Assembly: GCA_963788655.1 (NCBI GenBank)
Contig: CAWBHS010000087.1
Coordinates: forward strand, 1-64,000
Reading direction: 5' to 3'
Length of the DNA stretch: 64,000 bases
Source of the DNA: an uncultured Verrucomicrobiae bacterium
GTDB lineage: Bacteria > Verrucomicrobiota > Verrucomicrobiia > Limisphaerales > JAFGQR01
The position numbers and the translations under genes were made by a program. Below the pieces are notes generated by a model. It worked only from the letters and a program-made list of their open reading frames with translations. It was not told the DNA's origin and ran no database searches. How positions within the stretch are numbered: the first letter of the stretch is position 1; each line of letters starts with the position of its first letter. Positions 42,927 through 52,844 of the stretch are shown here, in pieces.

Positions 42927-42980
42927 AGGGGTTGAAAGGTTAATCCGTTAAATCGTTGCCGCGAGTCAGCCTGGAAACAT

Positions 42981-44085
42981 TCATTTGGGCACCAGGGGAA
43001 GGTAGTCCGGAATATCCCCGCGCAAGTGCCGCGCCAGCAGGCGGGCCTGGATGAAGGGCATTTGTGCCAGCCGGAGATTCTGATCCAGCAGCGGATGGTT
43101 CAGCGTCTCCTGCTTGCGCTGTTGGTAGGCGGTGATGACGCGTTTGCGGCCGGCGTCGGTGAATTCCACGGCGCCGCCTTCGCGCTCCACGAAGTCTCCC
43201 GGCGCAATCTGCTGCCGGTTGATGAGGGTGACGGCGAGCCGGTCCGCCAGCCAGGGCCGGAATTCCTCCATGAGGTCCAGCGCGAGCGAGGGGCGGTTGG
43301 GCCGGTCCACGTGGAGGAAGCCCACGAAGGGGTCCAGTCCAATGCTCGTGAGCGCCGCGATGCAATCATGCCGCACCAGCGCGTAGAGGAAGGAGAGCAG
43401 GCAGTTGATGCGGTCGCGCGGCGGCCGCCGGCTCCGCTTCGTGAAGGCAAACGGTTCGCGCTGCTGCTTGAGCAGGAGGCTGAAGACGGAGAAGTAGCTC
43501 GCCGAAGCCATGCCTTCGGCGCCGCGCAATCTGGTCGGTTTCCGATTTGAGATTTGAGATTTCAAATTCCGCCAGCAGGCGAATTTGCCGGGCCAGGCCG
43601 TCCGTGACCGCGATCAATCTGCCGGCGTTCGGTTTCGACCGCCGTCTCGCGGCGCGGCGCGGAGCAGGCTGTTGCGGGCGTTTTGGAGTTTGCCGGCGAT
43701 GATCTGCCGGGCGATGCGCGGCGCATTGGGCGGGATCATCCGCCGCGCGGAACTGCGCGCGCCGCAGCATGACGCTGGTGTCGGCCACGCCGGTCAGCCG
43801 GGCCTGGAAGTGCCCGTACTCGCTCAGGAAATTCACCGCCACGCCATGTTCCCAGCACAAGTGCAGCGCCGGCGAGCTGACGGTGCTGGCTCCGAACACG
43901 CAGATGGATTCCAGGTGATGGATCGGGATGGAAAGCTTGCGCCAGTCCGTGGCCTTCTCCCGCGCCCGCTCTTCCGGCGGCAACTCGGGCGGATAAACGG
44001 GAACCTCGGCGAGCAGCGTCAGATGATCCCGGCTGACGTAACTGCCCCGCGTGGTGAGGTAAAGGGTGTTTTGCTGGATGTTCAC
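42981..44085 (-). CDS. cas1: Cas1 type I-C (frameshifts about 43560-43730; heptamer-repeat insertion)
   Basis: NTLYLTT, IPIHHLE, LRGAEG, RSRRPPRDRINCLLSFLY, GLDPFVGFLH, LALDLMEEFR. Confidence 0.92.
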
Positions 44086-44130
44086 ACTTCGTGTAATTTC
44101 AAATTTGAAATTTCAAATCTCAGATGCAAA

Positions 44131-44658
44131 TCAGGCCGCGCTCCTCGGCTTCTTTGCGCTTGGGATGCCAGGCTGGAAGCTGCCGCAGCAGTTCCTGTTC
44201 GAACGCCGCCGCGCGCTTCTTCTGCTCGTCTTCGTTGGCGCGTCTTCTCGGTTCAAATGTCGCTGGCCCTTGATGTCGGAGTTTTGCAGCGAGTCGGCCC
44301 AGCCGCGCAACTGGCGGGAGCACGATTCGGCGATGGATTTCAGATCTGCAATTTGAGATTTCAAATCCGCCGGCCAGCCGGCCTTGCTGGCGCGGCGCTG
44401 CTTCAGGGTGAGCATGGACCGCACTTCGCCCGCCGACCCGCGCGCGATGTAAATGAATCGCGAGCAGTTCATTGGTGCGTGCCGCGCTCGAAGCCTTCCG
44501 CGATGTTGTTGGACACGGACAGGGCCGCGCGGTCCAGTTGGTCGCGAAAGCCCCGCGTCGCCTTGAAGGCTCGTTTTCCAGCAGGGCTCCTCGGTGAGTT
44601 CGTAAAGTTCCGCGGCTTTCTGCCACACGGGCAGGTCTTCGAATCGTTCGTAGGTCAT
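44131..44658 (-). CDS. Four-helix-bundle protein (23S rRNA IVP / Avd-like), with indels
   Basis: YERFEDLPVWQKA; the alternative frame gives FRDQLDRAALSVSNNIAEGFER; FIYIARGSAGEVRSML. Confidence 0.85.
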   Translation of the reverse strand: MTYERFEDLPVWQKAAELYELTEEPCWKTSLQGDAGLSRPTGPRGPVRVQQHRGRLRARHAPMNCSRFIYIARGSAGEVRSMLTLKQRRASKAGWPADLKSQIADLKSIAESCSRQLRGWADSLQNSDIKGQRHLNREDAPTKTSRRSARRRSNRNCCGSFQPGIPSAKKPRSAA

Positions 44659-44714
44659 GGGCGGTTGGTTGAGGGTTGAAGGTTGGGAGTTCAGGATGTC
44701 CGGGCGATTGGATT

Positions 44715-45371
44715 TCAGATTTCAAAGAGCGAACGGCTGCAGCCGCTCCAGCCGGGATGGCTGCGAGCGTCACCTGCGGCAGGCAAATGCATGGAGGGAA
44801 CATTCCTCGCACGCCGGCTTGAACACCGCCGCGGGCAACGGGGTCGCAATTGCGATTTCCGGAGCAACGCGTGCAACGCGGCCACGGCCTTTTCGGTCAA
44901 CTGCCGCAACTCGGGGGTAAACTCGACCTCGCGCCGCCGCTTGCTGTCCGCATGGAACACCGCGCCGCGCGGGATGGTCACGCCGAACATTTCCTCCAGA
45001 CAGAGCGCCTGGGCGCAGAGTTGGGCGTCGTCATTGGCCCACTGGCGCCGTTTGCCGAGTTTGAATTCGACGGGCCGGAGGGATTTGAGGTTGGCGCTTT
45101 CCAATTGGGAATTCGCGGCGGAGGCGAATTCCACCTCGACGATGTCGCATTTGCCATTCAAGCCCAACCGTTCGGAAAACACCGGCAGGGCGCGCAGGAG
45201 TTTCACCCCCTGCACCACCTCGTAACCAGGCAAATCGGCGTGCTCATGGACGATGTCACCGCGGAGGGTGTGCTCGTTGGCGCTGCGCCAGCCCTCGACC
45301 ACCTTCAACGCCGCCCGGCGCGGGCAGTAAAGGTAGTCGTTGAGAAGCGAGAGGGGCAGTGACTCCGGCAT
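44715..45371 (-). CDS. cas4: Cas4 (indels near the C-terminus)
   Basis: LSLLNDYLYCPRR, GKCDIVE, PVEFKLG, QLCAQALCLEEM; CEECSL in a shifted frame. Confidence 0.9.
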   Translation of the reverse strand: MPESLPLSLLNDYLYCPRRAALKVVEGWRSANEHTLRGDIVHEHADLPGYEVVQGVKLLRALPVFSERLGLNGKCDIVEVEFASAANSQLESANLKSLRPVEFKLGKRRQWANDDAQLCAQALCLEEMFGVTIPRGAVFHADSKRRREVEFTPELRQLTEKAVAALHALLRKSQLRPRCPRRCSSRRARNVPSMHLPAAGDARSHPGWSGCSRSLFEI

Positions 45372-45374
45372 GTT

Positions 45375-45684
45375 CAACCTCCCTTGGAATATGGGGAAAG
45401 CCACGCGCTCCGTGCCAGAAGCGGACAATTTCGACGCTTGCTCTCGTGTTGTTCATCCGGTAAATGATGCGATACGAACGGCAAGATGATTTCGCGCAAG
45501 TCCTGTTCTGCGGAATTCCGGCACCACGCGGCCGCATTTCAGGAAACGCCGCCACGTTCTCGGCCCGCGTGATCAATTCATAACCCAGCCGTGCGGCGGC
45601 ATCTGTGTTGTGCTGGGCAATATAGCGGACAATGTCCGCCAAATCCGCCTGTGCCGACGGGGCGATGATTACTTTCCAGCCCAT
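45375..45684 (-). CDS. RelE/ParE family toxin (indels; 3' end uncertain)
   Basis: WKVIIAPSAQADLADIVRYIA...FPEM(G)RVVPEF...YRIIYR...VEIVRFWHGAR. Confidence 0.85.
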
Positions 45685-45854
45685 GCGGCGATTTTGGCTT
45701 TGACCTCCTCAATCGGGATGCTTTCGCCGCGATCCAGTTCGGCCAATCCCTCCTCGACCGCCTGCCGGAATTCCAGCTCGTAAATGGCATCAACCAGTGT
45801 GGCGTCCGGCGGCAGTTTTTCCGCCACTTCCAACAGAATTTCTTTCGTGCTCAT
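45669..45854 (-). CDS. Antitoxin of the ParE-type module
   Basis: 61 aa acidic protein, AVEEGLAELDRGESIPIEEVK; overlaps the toxin start. Confidence 0.8.
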   Translation of the reverse strand: MSTKEILLEVAEKLPPDATLVDAIYELEFRQAVEEGLAELDRGESIPIEEVKAKIAAWAGK

Positions 45855-45905
45855 GGTTTGAATAGGTAGTCGATTTGCAAACTTATTGCCAGTTTGTGCT
45901 TGGGT

Positions 45906-46949
45906 TCATTGAGCGTTGGCAGTCTTTTTTGCACAGACCTTAATGTTGTTTAACAAAGCGTGGCATTTCACTCTTGGGAAATCCGGCACGAACTCACCGT
46001 CTTTTGGCAATGACTCGAAGCAATAATCAGTAACGTTGCGCGGGATCACCTTCTCGTCTTTGCGCTTGGGACGGGGAATCATTTGGAACAACTGATGAGA
46101 CGGTGCGTTGCCCAATGAGTCCGTGTGCTCAAATACAACGAGTGCTTGCGCGTGCATCTCGCCCCGGCTCGCTGAATGGTCGAACTCGAACATGTTGGCC
46201 AAGGCGCGATAAAGGGCGGCCAGATCGGCTGCTTTGAAGCCCGTGCCGTTTGTCTTGTTCAAAGTCTGGCACGCAAGAAAGGGATTGTAGAACCCGTGCA
46301 GCCGATAGAGGCCGTAGTTGACCAGCGCCTTGCGGCCCATTTCGGTGGGCTTGAACTTTTTGAAGTCCTCCTCCGTGGTAATCGCAATGCGAGTGATCGA
46401 GCAATCCACTTGGAAGATTGGATCAATCGATCGGCTGAATCCGATTTGAATCGGCCCTCGGACCTGACCCGCGTTTGGGCCGGTGGACATCACAGCACCG
46501 AACGCGCGGATGTCGTAGAAGTTTTCCATCATCCACTTTTTTGCCTGCTCGGTCTGGTCGCGATTTCGCTTCTCGTAATTGTCTGGCTTATCAGGCTTGT
46601 CTTTCTCTTTCACTCCGCCTTTGGCACCGCCTGGGCAATAAGGCTGTTCAGCGCCTCGGTGTTCTGGATGAATATCCCGTTGGGGCTTTTCGCCGGCATC
46701 CCTTTCGTCCTTATCAGCCAACATCTGGATTGTGTTTCGTATCTTCCGTTTGATGCAGACATCGGTGACGAGGCCGTGCTGTGTTTCGGGATCAATGCGC
46801 GGCAGATTGCCGGTGTCGGGGTCACCGTTCGGATTGCAGTCGAGCGCGTCAAAGAAAAAGACGAACTCTTGACGGCCAATCACTGGTTTTGTGTCGAGCG
46901 TGTCAAGTGCGTCGAGGTACGCGTGTTTTGGTGTTTCTGGTTTTTTCAT
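45906..46949 (-). CDS. cas7: Cas7 (Csd2) type I-C
   Basis: NPNGDPDTGNLPR, VTDVCIKRKIRN, YDIRAFGAVMS, GQVRGPIQ, MGRK, DHSASRG. Confidence 0.95.
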   Translation of the reverse strand: MKKPETPKHAYLDALDTLDTKPVIGRQEFVFFFDALDCNPNGDPDTGNLPRIDPETQHGLVTDVCIKRKIRNTIQMLADKDERDAGEKPQRDIHPEHRGAEQPYCPGGAKGGVKEKDKPDKPDNYEKRNRDQTEQAKKWMMENFYDIRAFGAVMSTGPNAGQVRGPIQIGFSRSIDPIFQVDCSITRIAITTEEDFKKFKPTEMGRKALVNYGLYRLHGFYNPFLACQTLNKTNGTGFKAADLAALYRALANMFEFDHSASRGEMHAQALVVFEHTDSLGNAPSHQLFQMIPRPKRKDEKVIPRNVTDYCFESLPKDGEFVPDFPRVKCHALLNNIKVCAKKTANAQ

Positions 46950-46981
46950 AAGCTGTGGATTTCGGAGTGGTTACAGTTGAT

Positions 46982-49033
46982 TCATTCTGATTCGGCAGTG
47001 GGAGCTTCCGGCGCTTCTTCATCCGGCAGATCGGCCAGGAGTGAAACATCGAAGCGGGCGCGGTTCACAAAATCTTCCAAGGCTTCAAGTTCCTTTTTGC
47101 TTTCGTCAGGAAGCGCGCCGTCATCCCGCTGTTTCTTGAGCTTCGCGTAGCGTGATATGAGAAAGAAGTATTGTCGCTGATGGTGAAAGCCGAGGATGAA
47201 CACTCCGGCTTGCTGAGGTGTCAGCGTCACCGGATACGTTTTCAGTTTGCTCAAGATTTCATCGAGCAGCCTTTCCAGTTGCAGGGACTTGGGGCGCAAG
47301 TCTCGTTTGAGTTTGTTCAGGTGATGCCGGGAATTCCGATAGACGACCGGCAAAACGCTGCACGGCGCGGACGATGCGCTTCCCATGTATCGGTCTGCCA
47401 CCGTTGATTTGCCGGGCTTTCCGCGTTGACTACTTGTTGACCAGCGCATGGCGTCGTCGCAAACAGCGAGCAGCCGTCCACAGTGGTATTCGGGTTCTTC
47501 TCGGCCAACGTCGAGACCTGGATTGAATTGTGGTTCATTGTTTTTCATAAGGCGGTTCAGGGTCAGGCGCAGAAGCGCCATTCGTGCGGGCTTGAGTTTG
47601 TAGTCGGCGGTTGGATTCTCTTTCTCGAAATCGGCCTGCGGGATGATGCGGACTCGGTTGACCAGCATTTGAAGCACGGGCGGAGGAACAGGCTTCCCCA
47701 AAAAGGCGCTCAGAAACAAGCTGGACGAAACAACAGGTGGGAACTTCCATTCGTCGCCGGGTTGGCCCGGCTGACGGACGGTCATCTGGCAAAGGCGAAC
47801 CAAAGGCAAGGGTTTGAAGTTCGGGCCATAGTCTCCTAAACGATCCTTCAAATCGTCAAACCACGCCTTGAGATTCTGGGTAACGCTCCCGACGTTGGTT
47901 TCGCTCCAATAACGAATCAGCGTTCGCACCTTGCTGGAACGAGAAAACCCGAGGATGTAGAACTTGCAGTCGGCAATTCCTTTGGGGATGCCGTGTCGAA
48001 CACTTTGGAAAAGCTCCCTCACTGCCTGAGGATCGGCATCGCTGATTTTTCCAAAATCGAAACCTACCGGCTCTCTTGACCAAAACACGAACATGACCGG
48101 TGCAATGTCTTTTTCTCCAGGTTTGGGCTTGCCGGCGCGAACCAAGTAATGCGTCGCCGGATTTCTCAATAGCGTCTCGATTCCTCGGATGGCTGCCTTC
48201 ATGCAATCAAAACACAACGTTGCGTTCTCTCCGTTATCAAAGCCGTATGAGTGGAACGCATCCTTTCCGTAACTTATGAGGCATGTATCGCCGCCGGGCA
48301 GCCCTTTGAATTTATCGAACGTGGGAAGATGAGGCTTTGGCTGTCCGCAACAGATACAAGGCGGATTGCCACCGGTTGTCGGTGCGGTCTGTCGCTTCGA
48401 GTTCACCTCCGCGAAATGGTCGCTCCAAAACCGACGCACGCTGGTGCAAGCCTGAAAAGCAGGAAGCAGATCGTCCCGTTTTAGGCACAGCGCAATCCGC
48501 TCCTTGGGTTTCTTCACCGCAAATCTCTTCTCAGTGGCGGCATCCTTAATAATGAGCTTGTTAGGGACGCGAGGCGTCTCATCCCAAGTTACTTGGATTC
48601 TTCCGGAGGCAACTTTGTCGAAGAATTTCTTGATGGCACTGGCGCGGGAATCATTTGGAAACTTTTCTGCGAACTCATTCACCATGGCGATGTGAGAATC
48701 GCGATTCTTTGTTCCAAGTTCGCTATCGGAAATTCCGAAATAATATTCCAGATTGTCAGCCAAGAACTGCGGATTGCGACCGGATGACCGAGAATTGATG
48801 ACCTCCCTGGGAACTCGATGAAGCGGCTCGAATCTGTCCTTTTTCTTTTTCCCCTTCTCATCGCGCTGCTCAACACCCCGGTAATGCAAATTGACGAAGT
48901 TCCCGTCGTCATCAATCTCCAGCAGCCAATAAATCTCAACGTTGTCAGCGAAGGCATCCGAAATGATCCCCGCTTCACCCTGCGGCTTCACGCTCTCGCT
49001 ATCGCCGTATTCTCTCAATGCTTGCAGAATCAT
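46982..49033 (-). CDS. cas8c: Cas8c (Csd1), probably with internally translated Cas11
   Basis: MILQALREY, PQFLADNLEY, YHCGRLLA, QQAGVFILGFHHQ; lies between cas5 and cas7. Confidence 0.88.
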   Translation of the reverse strand: MILQALREYGDSESVKPQGEAGIISDAFADNVEIYWLLEIDDDGNFVNLHYRGVEQRDEKGKKKKDRFEPLHRVPREVINSRSSGRNPQFLADNLEYYFGISDSELGTKNRDSHIAMVNEFAEKFPNDSRASAIKKFFDKVASGRIQVTWDETPRVPNKLIIKDAATEKRFAVKKPKERIALCLKRDDLLPAFQACTSVRRFWSDHFAEVNSKRQTAPTTGGNPPCICCGQPKPHLPTFDKFKGLPGGDTCLISYGKDAFHSYGFDNGENATLCFDCMKAAIRGIETLLRNPATHYLVRAGKPKPGEKDIAPVMFVFWSREPVGFDFGKISDADPQAVRELFQSVRHGIPKGIADCKFYILGFSRSSKVRTLIRYWSETNVGSVTQNLKAWFDDLKDRLGDYGPNFKPLPLVRLCQMTVRQPGQPGDEWKFPPVVSSSLFLSAFLGKPVPPPVLQMLVNRVRIIPQADFEKENPTADYKLKPARMALLRLTLNRLMKNNEPQFNPGLDVGREEPEYHCGRLLAVCDDAMRWSTSSQRGKPGKSTVADRYMGSASSAPCSVLPVVYRNSRHHLNKLKRDLRPKSLQLERLLDEILSKLKTYPVTLTPQQAGVFILGFHHQRQYFFLISRYAKLKKQRDDGALPDESKKELEALEDFVNRARFDVSLLADLPDEEAPEAPTAESE

Positions 49034-49911
49034 GTTTCAAGCCCTCCTTTCTCAATCGTGCCCTGGTGAAGCCGTCCGGTTTGCCGAAGCATGTCCTTTC
49101 GTGTGTCCATAATGCCCTGTTTGACGATTGCATCGAAAAATTCAGCGTGGATGCGCTGGCCATCGTTCGTGTAGGCGATGTCGTAAAGCATCCGGCCAAC
49201 CGGCTCGCCTACCTCGCCGACTCCGTATGCTCTCACTGGCCCAGTTGGCAGAAAGTCACCTGCATCGTCAGCGACTTTGGAATCAACCGGGGCGAACTGG
49301 GCGAAAAGCTCGCGGCAGCCAAGCGAAGGCCGGTGGAAGCATTGCCCTTTTGCTACTCGCCGCGTGAAAGCAGCTTGGTATTTGCGGATACTGTCAATTG
49401 GACGCAGGCCACCAAATCGGCTTTTCAGTTTGGCCTTCTCCCGCTGGAGAACAATCTCGGCAATGATGTTGTAGCCTACATCTGCTAGAGCCAGCATGTT
49501 CCGCTGCGTGCAGTTGTCCTCTTGCCCGAGAAGCGGGTTGCTTTGGGTAATCTGCCTTTTGACTTCCTTGTCCTCTACATATCTGGCTTTGATGTCCGAG
49601 AGCAAATGTTCCACCGGTTCTTTGCCCGTCATCCACTTCTCCTCGGCGCGTTTGAGGTCAACCACCTTCTGGACTTCATTGCGGCGAATGGAAATGAAGC
49701 GAAGCGGTCGCAGGACTTCGATTCGCGTGATGGCGTAGCTAAATTCCGGTTTGAACAGAATCGCTTCCAGGATGCCGCGCGCGGCGGATGGCGTCATGAC
49801 CGGGTAGGAGACTCGTTCCACTTTGAATTCCGGTCGCGTGAAGCAGGCGAGCGCGCCCCACACTTTGACCGACACTTCGCCAAACGGCGGTTTGCAGTAT
49901 TGTTTTAGCAT
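49030..49911 (-). CDS. cas5: Cas5c (Cas5d)
   Basis: VWGALACFTRPEFKVERVSYPVMTPSAARGILEAI, RRNEV, GQCFHRPSLGCRE. Confidence 0.95.
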   Translation of the reverse strand: MLKQYCKPPFGEVSVKVWGALACFTRPEFKVERVSYPVMTPSAARGILEAILFKPEFSYAITRIEVLRPLRFISIRRNEVQKVVDLKRAEEKWMTGKEPVEHLLSDIKARYVEDKEVKRQITQSNPLLGQEDNCTQRNMLALADVGYNIIAEIVLQREKAKLKSRFGGLRPIDSIRKYQAAFTRRVAKGQCFHRPSLGCRELFAQFAPVDSKVADDAGDFLPTGPVRAYGVGEVGEPVGRMLYDIAYTNDGQRIHAEFFDAIVKQGIMDTRKDMLRQTGRLHQGTIEKGGLET

Positions 49912-52364
49912 ACGAAATCCTGTGGCCAATGGCCGCTGAGGTTGAGGCCGTATTCCGCGTGATATGCGGAGGTGAAGTAAACGCCCGGAATGACTTCTTC
50001 AAAGAGCATCGTGTATTTGCGGAACTCGTGTTCGTAGAGGTTGACCTGAAAACGCCGAACCATGCGCATCACACGCGACAGTCGTCCCGGACTGAATCGC
50101 GTTGCGGAGATGAGGCGCTTGAGGCGTTGCACGGAATGGCCGCGCGAATCCCATCCCACAAACACAGAGGTCGTCGGTGAATCAATCACTTGGAATGCTC
50201 TGGCAGTGTCCTCGAAGGCGAGGTTGGGCCGCAAGTCACGATTGATTTTTCGATCTTGGAACTCAGGACGTGTCGGCTGGTCGAGTGAATCCAATCGAAA
50301 GAGCCGGTCATAGTAACGGACGAATGTTTCAGGATTGTTCAAGTCTTGCTTCCAAAACGAAGACCGAGTCTCCGTCGTTCCCTGCTGGTAGATGGCAGAC
50401 GGTGGAAGTTTCCTCTTTTCCTCGCGCCCCTCGTCCTCCGGCGTGAACAGGATAACTCTGCCTTTCTGCGCACGAACCCCGTGCCGGTTGCAACGACCGG
50501 CGGCTTGAGCAATGGAATCAAGCGGGCCGACGGCGCGAAAGAGAAAGGGAAAATCAATGTCCACGCCGGCTTCGATACACTGCGTCGCCACCAGCGCAAA
50601 CTTCTGGTTGGTCTTCAGCAGATCGGCAGCTTCTCGCAAAACTTCCCGGCGGTGAGCGGGGCAGAGATTGGTGGACAAATGGAGAACGCGAACGCCTCCT
50701 TGCAGCAGTTCGTGGCAAAGCGCATGGGCATGGCGCTTGAGATTCACGATGGTTAGGCTCTGCGGACAGTTTTGGATCTCGTTGGCAATTTGCGCCCATG
50801 TGCTTAAGCCGGGGAGAGTTTCTTCCCAATCGTAATGCACACGTGCAGTGATGGTGAATGGGCGCGCCGGATCGCTGATCCTGTGAAGCCGCGGAAATCG
50901 TTGCAGCGTTGCTTGGATTGGCTTGTTGGTTGGCAGGGTAGCTGCGTATTCCCCGAATCGGATCGCACTCTGAACCGTCGCGTTGAAATCAGGGAGCGTC
51001 GCTGACATGAACACAAAGGAAGTTCCAGCGAACTCGGCAAACTGCTGGAGCATCGCCAGCAGAGGCAGGAGCAGATGGCGTGGGAAATTCTGCACCTCAT
51101 CAAAAATCACGACCGAATTGGCAAGGTTATGGAGCTTGCGGCTGGTGGCTGGTGAGTCGGTGAACAGACTCTCAAAGAATTGAACCGTCGTCGTCACGAT
51201 GATGGGCGCTGACCAGTTTTCTGCGGCCAAATCGAGCGCAGTCGGGTTCTCATCGCGGGCAGATTTGGGAGAAGCAGTCGAGAGGCTGTGATGTTCAAGG
51301 ACTGCCAGCCGACCAAACGCTTCGCGAAATTCGTTGGCGACTTGGTCAATGATGCTGAGGTATGGCTCGACGACAATCACGCGTCGCAAGCAGTGCTTTT
51401 CCGCGTGTCGCAAAGCAAAATTCATAGACGCAAGCGTCTTTCCGCCACCGGTCGGGACGTTCAGCGTGAACATGCCTCGCGGAAGCTGCGAATCCCGTTC
51501 GCAGGCTAATCGAACGGATTCACGGAGTGAGCGAACTTGGGCTGATTGCCCGGCGGTTGATTTCTTGCCGATGAATGTGTCGAGCATTTCACGCAAATTG
51601 GAAATATTTGGTGCTTGGCTGCGGTAGCCTTCGCGTGTGTCAGCCTTGTGTTGCTCAGTGAATCGTTCCGTGTCCAGCCGGTCGGCATCCACAAGCGCGG
51701 AGAACAGCAATCGCGTCAGGAACTCACAAGCAAGCGGGTCTTTCCCTTGTGAGCGCAGCGCCGGTTTTCGGCTTGCCACATCCGACAGAAGCTCGATGCC
51801 TCGTTGAAGTCGCTTGGCTTCGCGTGAATCGCCGACCTGTGCAAGCTGGTCCTTGAAATCGGCGATCGCAATCTTGAGCAGTTCGGCTGAAGGGCCAGCG
51901 ACACTTTCCTGGCGCTCAATTCTTTCCATGTTCGCACCCCTTCCGTTGGCAAGGCCCGCATGGTGGCCGCCAATAGCGAAGCTGGCAGCCATGAAGCCCG
52001 CAGAGCCTCCGCTTTGGCATAGACTGCTGCCCGCGTAAGCATGGGGAGCTTTTTCTTCCAGCCCACGCAGCATCAGTTGAAACTTTTGCCGATATTTTCC
52101 AAGATCATGAAGCAAGCCAGCCAAGAAGCCTTCTTCGCCAAGCTCAAGAGCCATGGCAAAATCGCACGATTGTTCAGCAACATTGACGAGGTGGCTTGAA
52201 AGCGGTTGCCACCCAATTTGAATTTCGGCCAAGTCTGTGAGCTTGTGCCGCTTGCCGGTTCTTTTCACAAACTCCTTCGCGGTCAATTGCTGATCGGGAA
52301 AGTTCACGAACGAAAAAAGGTTCTCACCTTCGCAAGTTTTCAATGTGTGCGCGTAGAACTTCAT
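49905..52364 (-). CDS. cas3: Cas3 HD nuclease-helicase
   Basis: FYAH, LLHDLGK, HHAGL, LVDAD, PTGGGKT, FDEVQ, QAAGRCNR. Confidence 0.96.
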   Translation of the reverse strand: MKFYAHTLKTCEGENLFSFVNFPDQQLTAKEFVKRTGKRHKLTDLAEIQIGWQPLSSHLVNVAEQSCDFAMALELGEEGFLAGLLHDLGKYRQKFQLMLRGLEEKAPHAYAGSSLCQSGGSAGFMAASFAIGGHHAGLANGRGANMERIERQESVAGPSAELLKIAIADFKDQLAQVGDSREAKRLQRGIELLSDVASRKPALRSQGKDPLACEFLTRLLFSALVDADRLDTERFTEQHKADTREGYRSQAPNISNLREMLDTFIGKKSTAGQSAQVRSLRESVRLACERDSQLPRGMFTLNVPTGGGKTLASMNFALRHAEKHCLRRVIVVEPYLSIIDQVANEFREAFGRLAVLEHHSLSTASPKSARDENPTALDLAAENWSAPIIVTTTVQFFESLFTDSPATSRKLHNLANSVVIFDEVQNFPRHLLLPLLAMLQQFAEFAGTSFVFMSATLPDFNATVQSAIRFGEYAATLPTNKPIQATLQRFPRLHRISDPARPFTITARVHYDWEETLPGLSTWAQIANEIQNCPQSLTIVNLKRHAHALCHELLQGGVRVLHLSTNLCPAHRREVLREAADLLKTNQKFALVATQCIEAGVDIDFPFLFRAVGPLDSIAQAAGRCNRHGVRAQKGRVILFTPEDEGREEKRKLPPSAIYQQGTTETRSSFWKQDLNNPETFVRYYDRLFRLDSLDQPTRPEFQDRKINRDLRPNLAFEDTARAFQVIDSPTTSVFVGWDSRGHSVQRLKRLISATRFSPGRLSRVMRMVRRFQVNLYEHEFRKYTMLFEEVIPGVYFTSAYHAEYGLNLSGHWPQDFVC

Positions 52365-52377
52365 CAGAAGGTCAGGT

Positions 52378-52842
52378 TCAATTCAGCCAGTTCTGCATCT
52401 GGTCGAACACCATCCGCAGCATGGTGGGCAGTTCGTGGTTCTCGGTTTCGCAGACGCGCGTTTCCGATTGGAGTGGCCTGCCGTTATTCGTGGTATAGCA
52501 ATGGAATTGCCCCGGGGCGCAAATCTCGGGCGCATCGGCAACGGGCAATTCGCCAATCACCGATTGGCGAATTTGAGGATAGAGCCGGTAGAAGGTCCGG
52601 CAGCTCTTCAACATGCTCGTGCCCAGACCGCCGATGTCGCGGGATTTCAAGTCGAGCGCCACCCGCGGGATCAAGCCCGCGCCGTATTGGGCGCGATCCT
52701 CGCCGTTCTGCTCGAACTCGACCAGGTAAGCGCCCACGAGCCAGTTGCGGAGAATGAGGTGGCGGTTGACCGCGCCCGCCGCACCGGTCTGGGCCTGACG
52801 ATGGGCGTCGCTGATCGCGGTGATCAGGGCGTCGTAGTTCAT
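52378..52842 (-). pseudogene. YhcG/DUF1016 N-terminal domain only (truncated)
   Basis: AVNRHLILRNWLVGAYLVEFEQNGEDRAQYG...FYRLYP; the PD-(D/E)XK half is absent. Confidence 0.75.
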
Positions 52843-52844
52843 GG

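Noticed and set aside
41274..42935. ORFs across the CRISPR array
   Set aside because: They are translations of repeats and spacers.
44131..44658. Diversity-generating retroelement
   Set aside because: An Avd-like gene is present, but there is no reverse transcriptase and no TR/VR pair with adenine-specific mismatches in the window.
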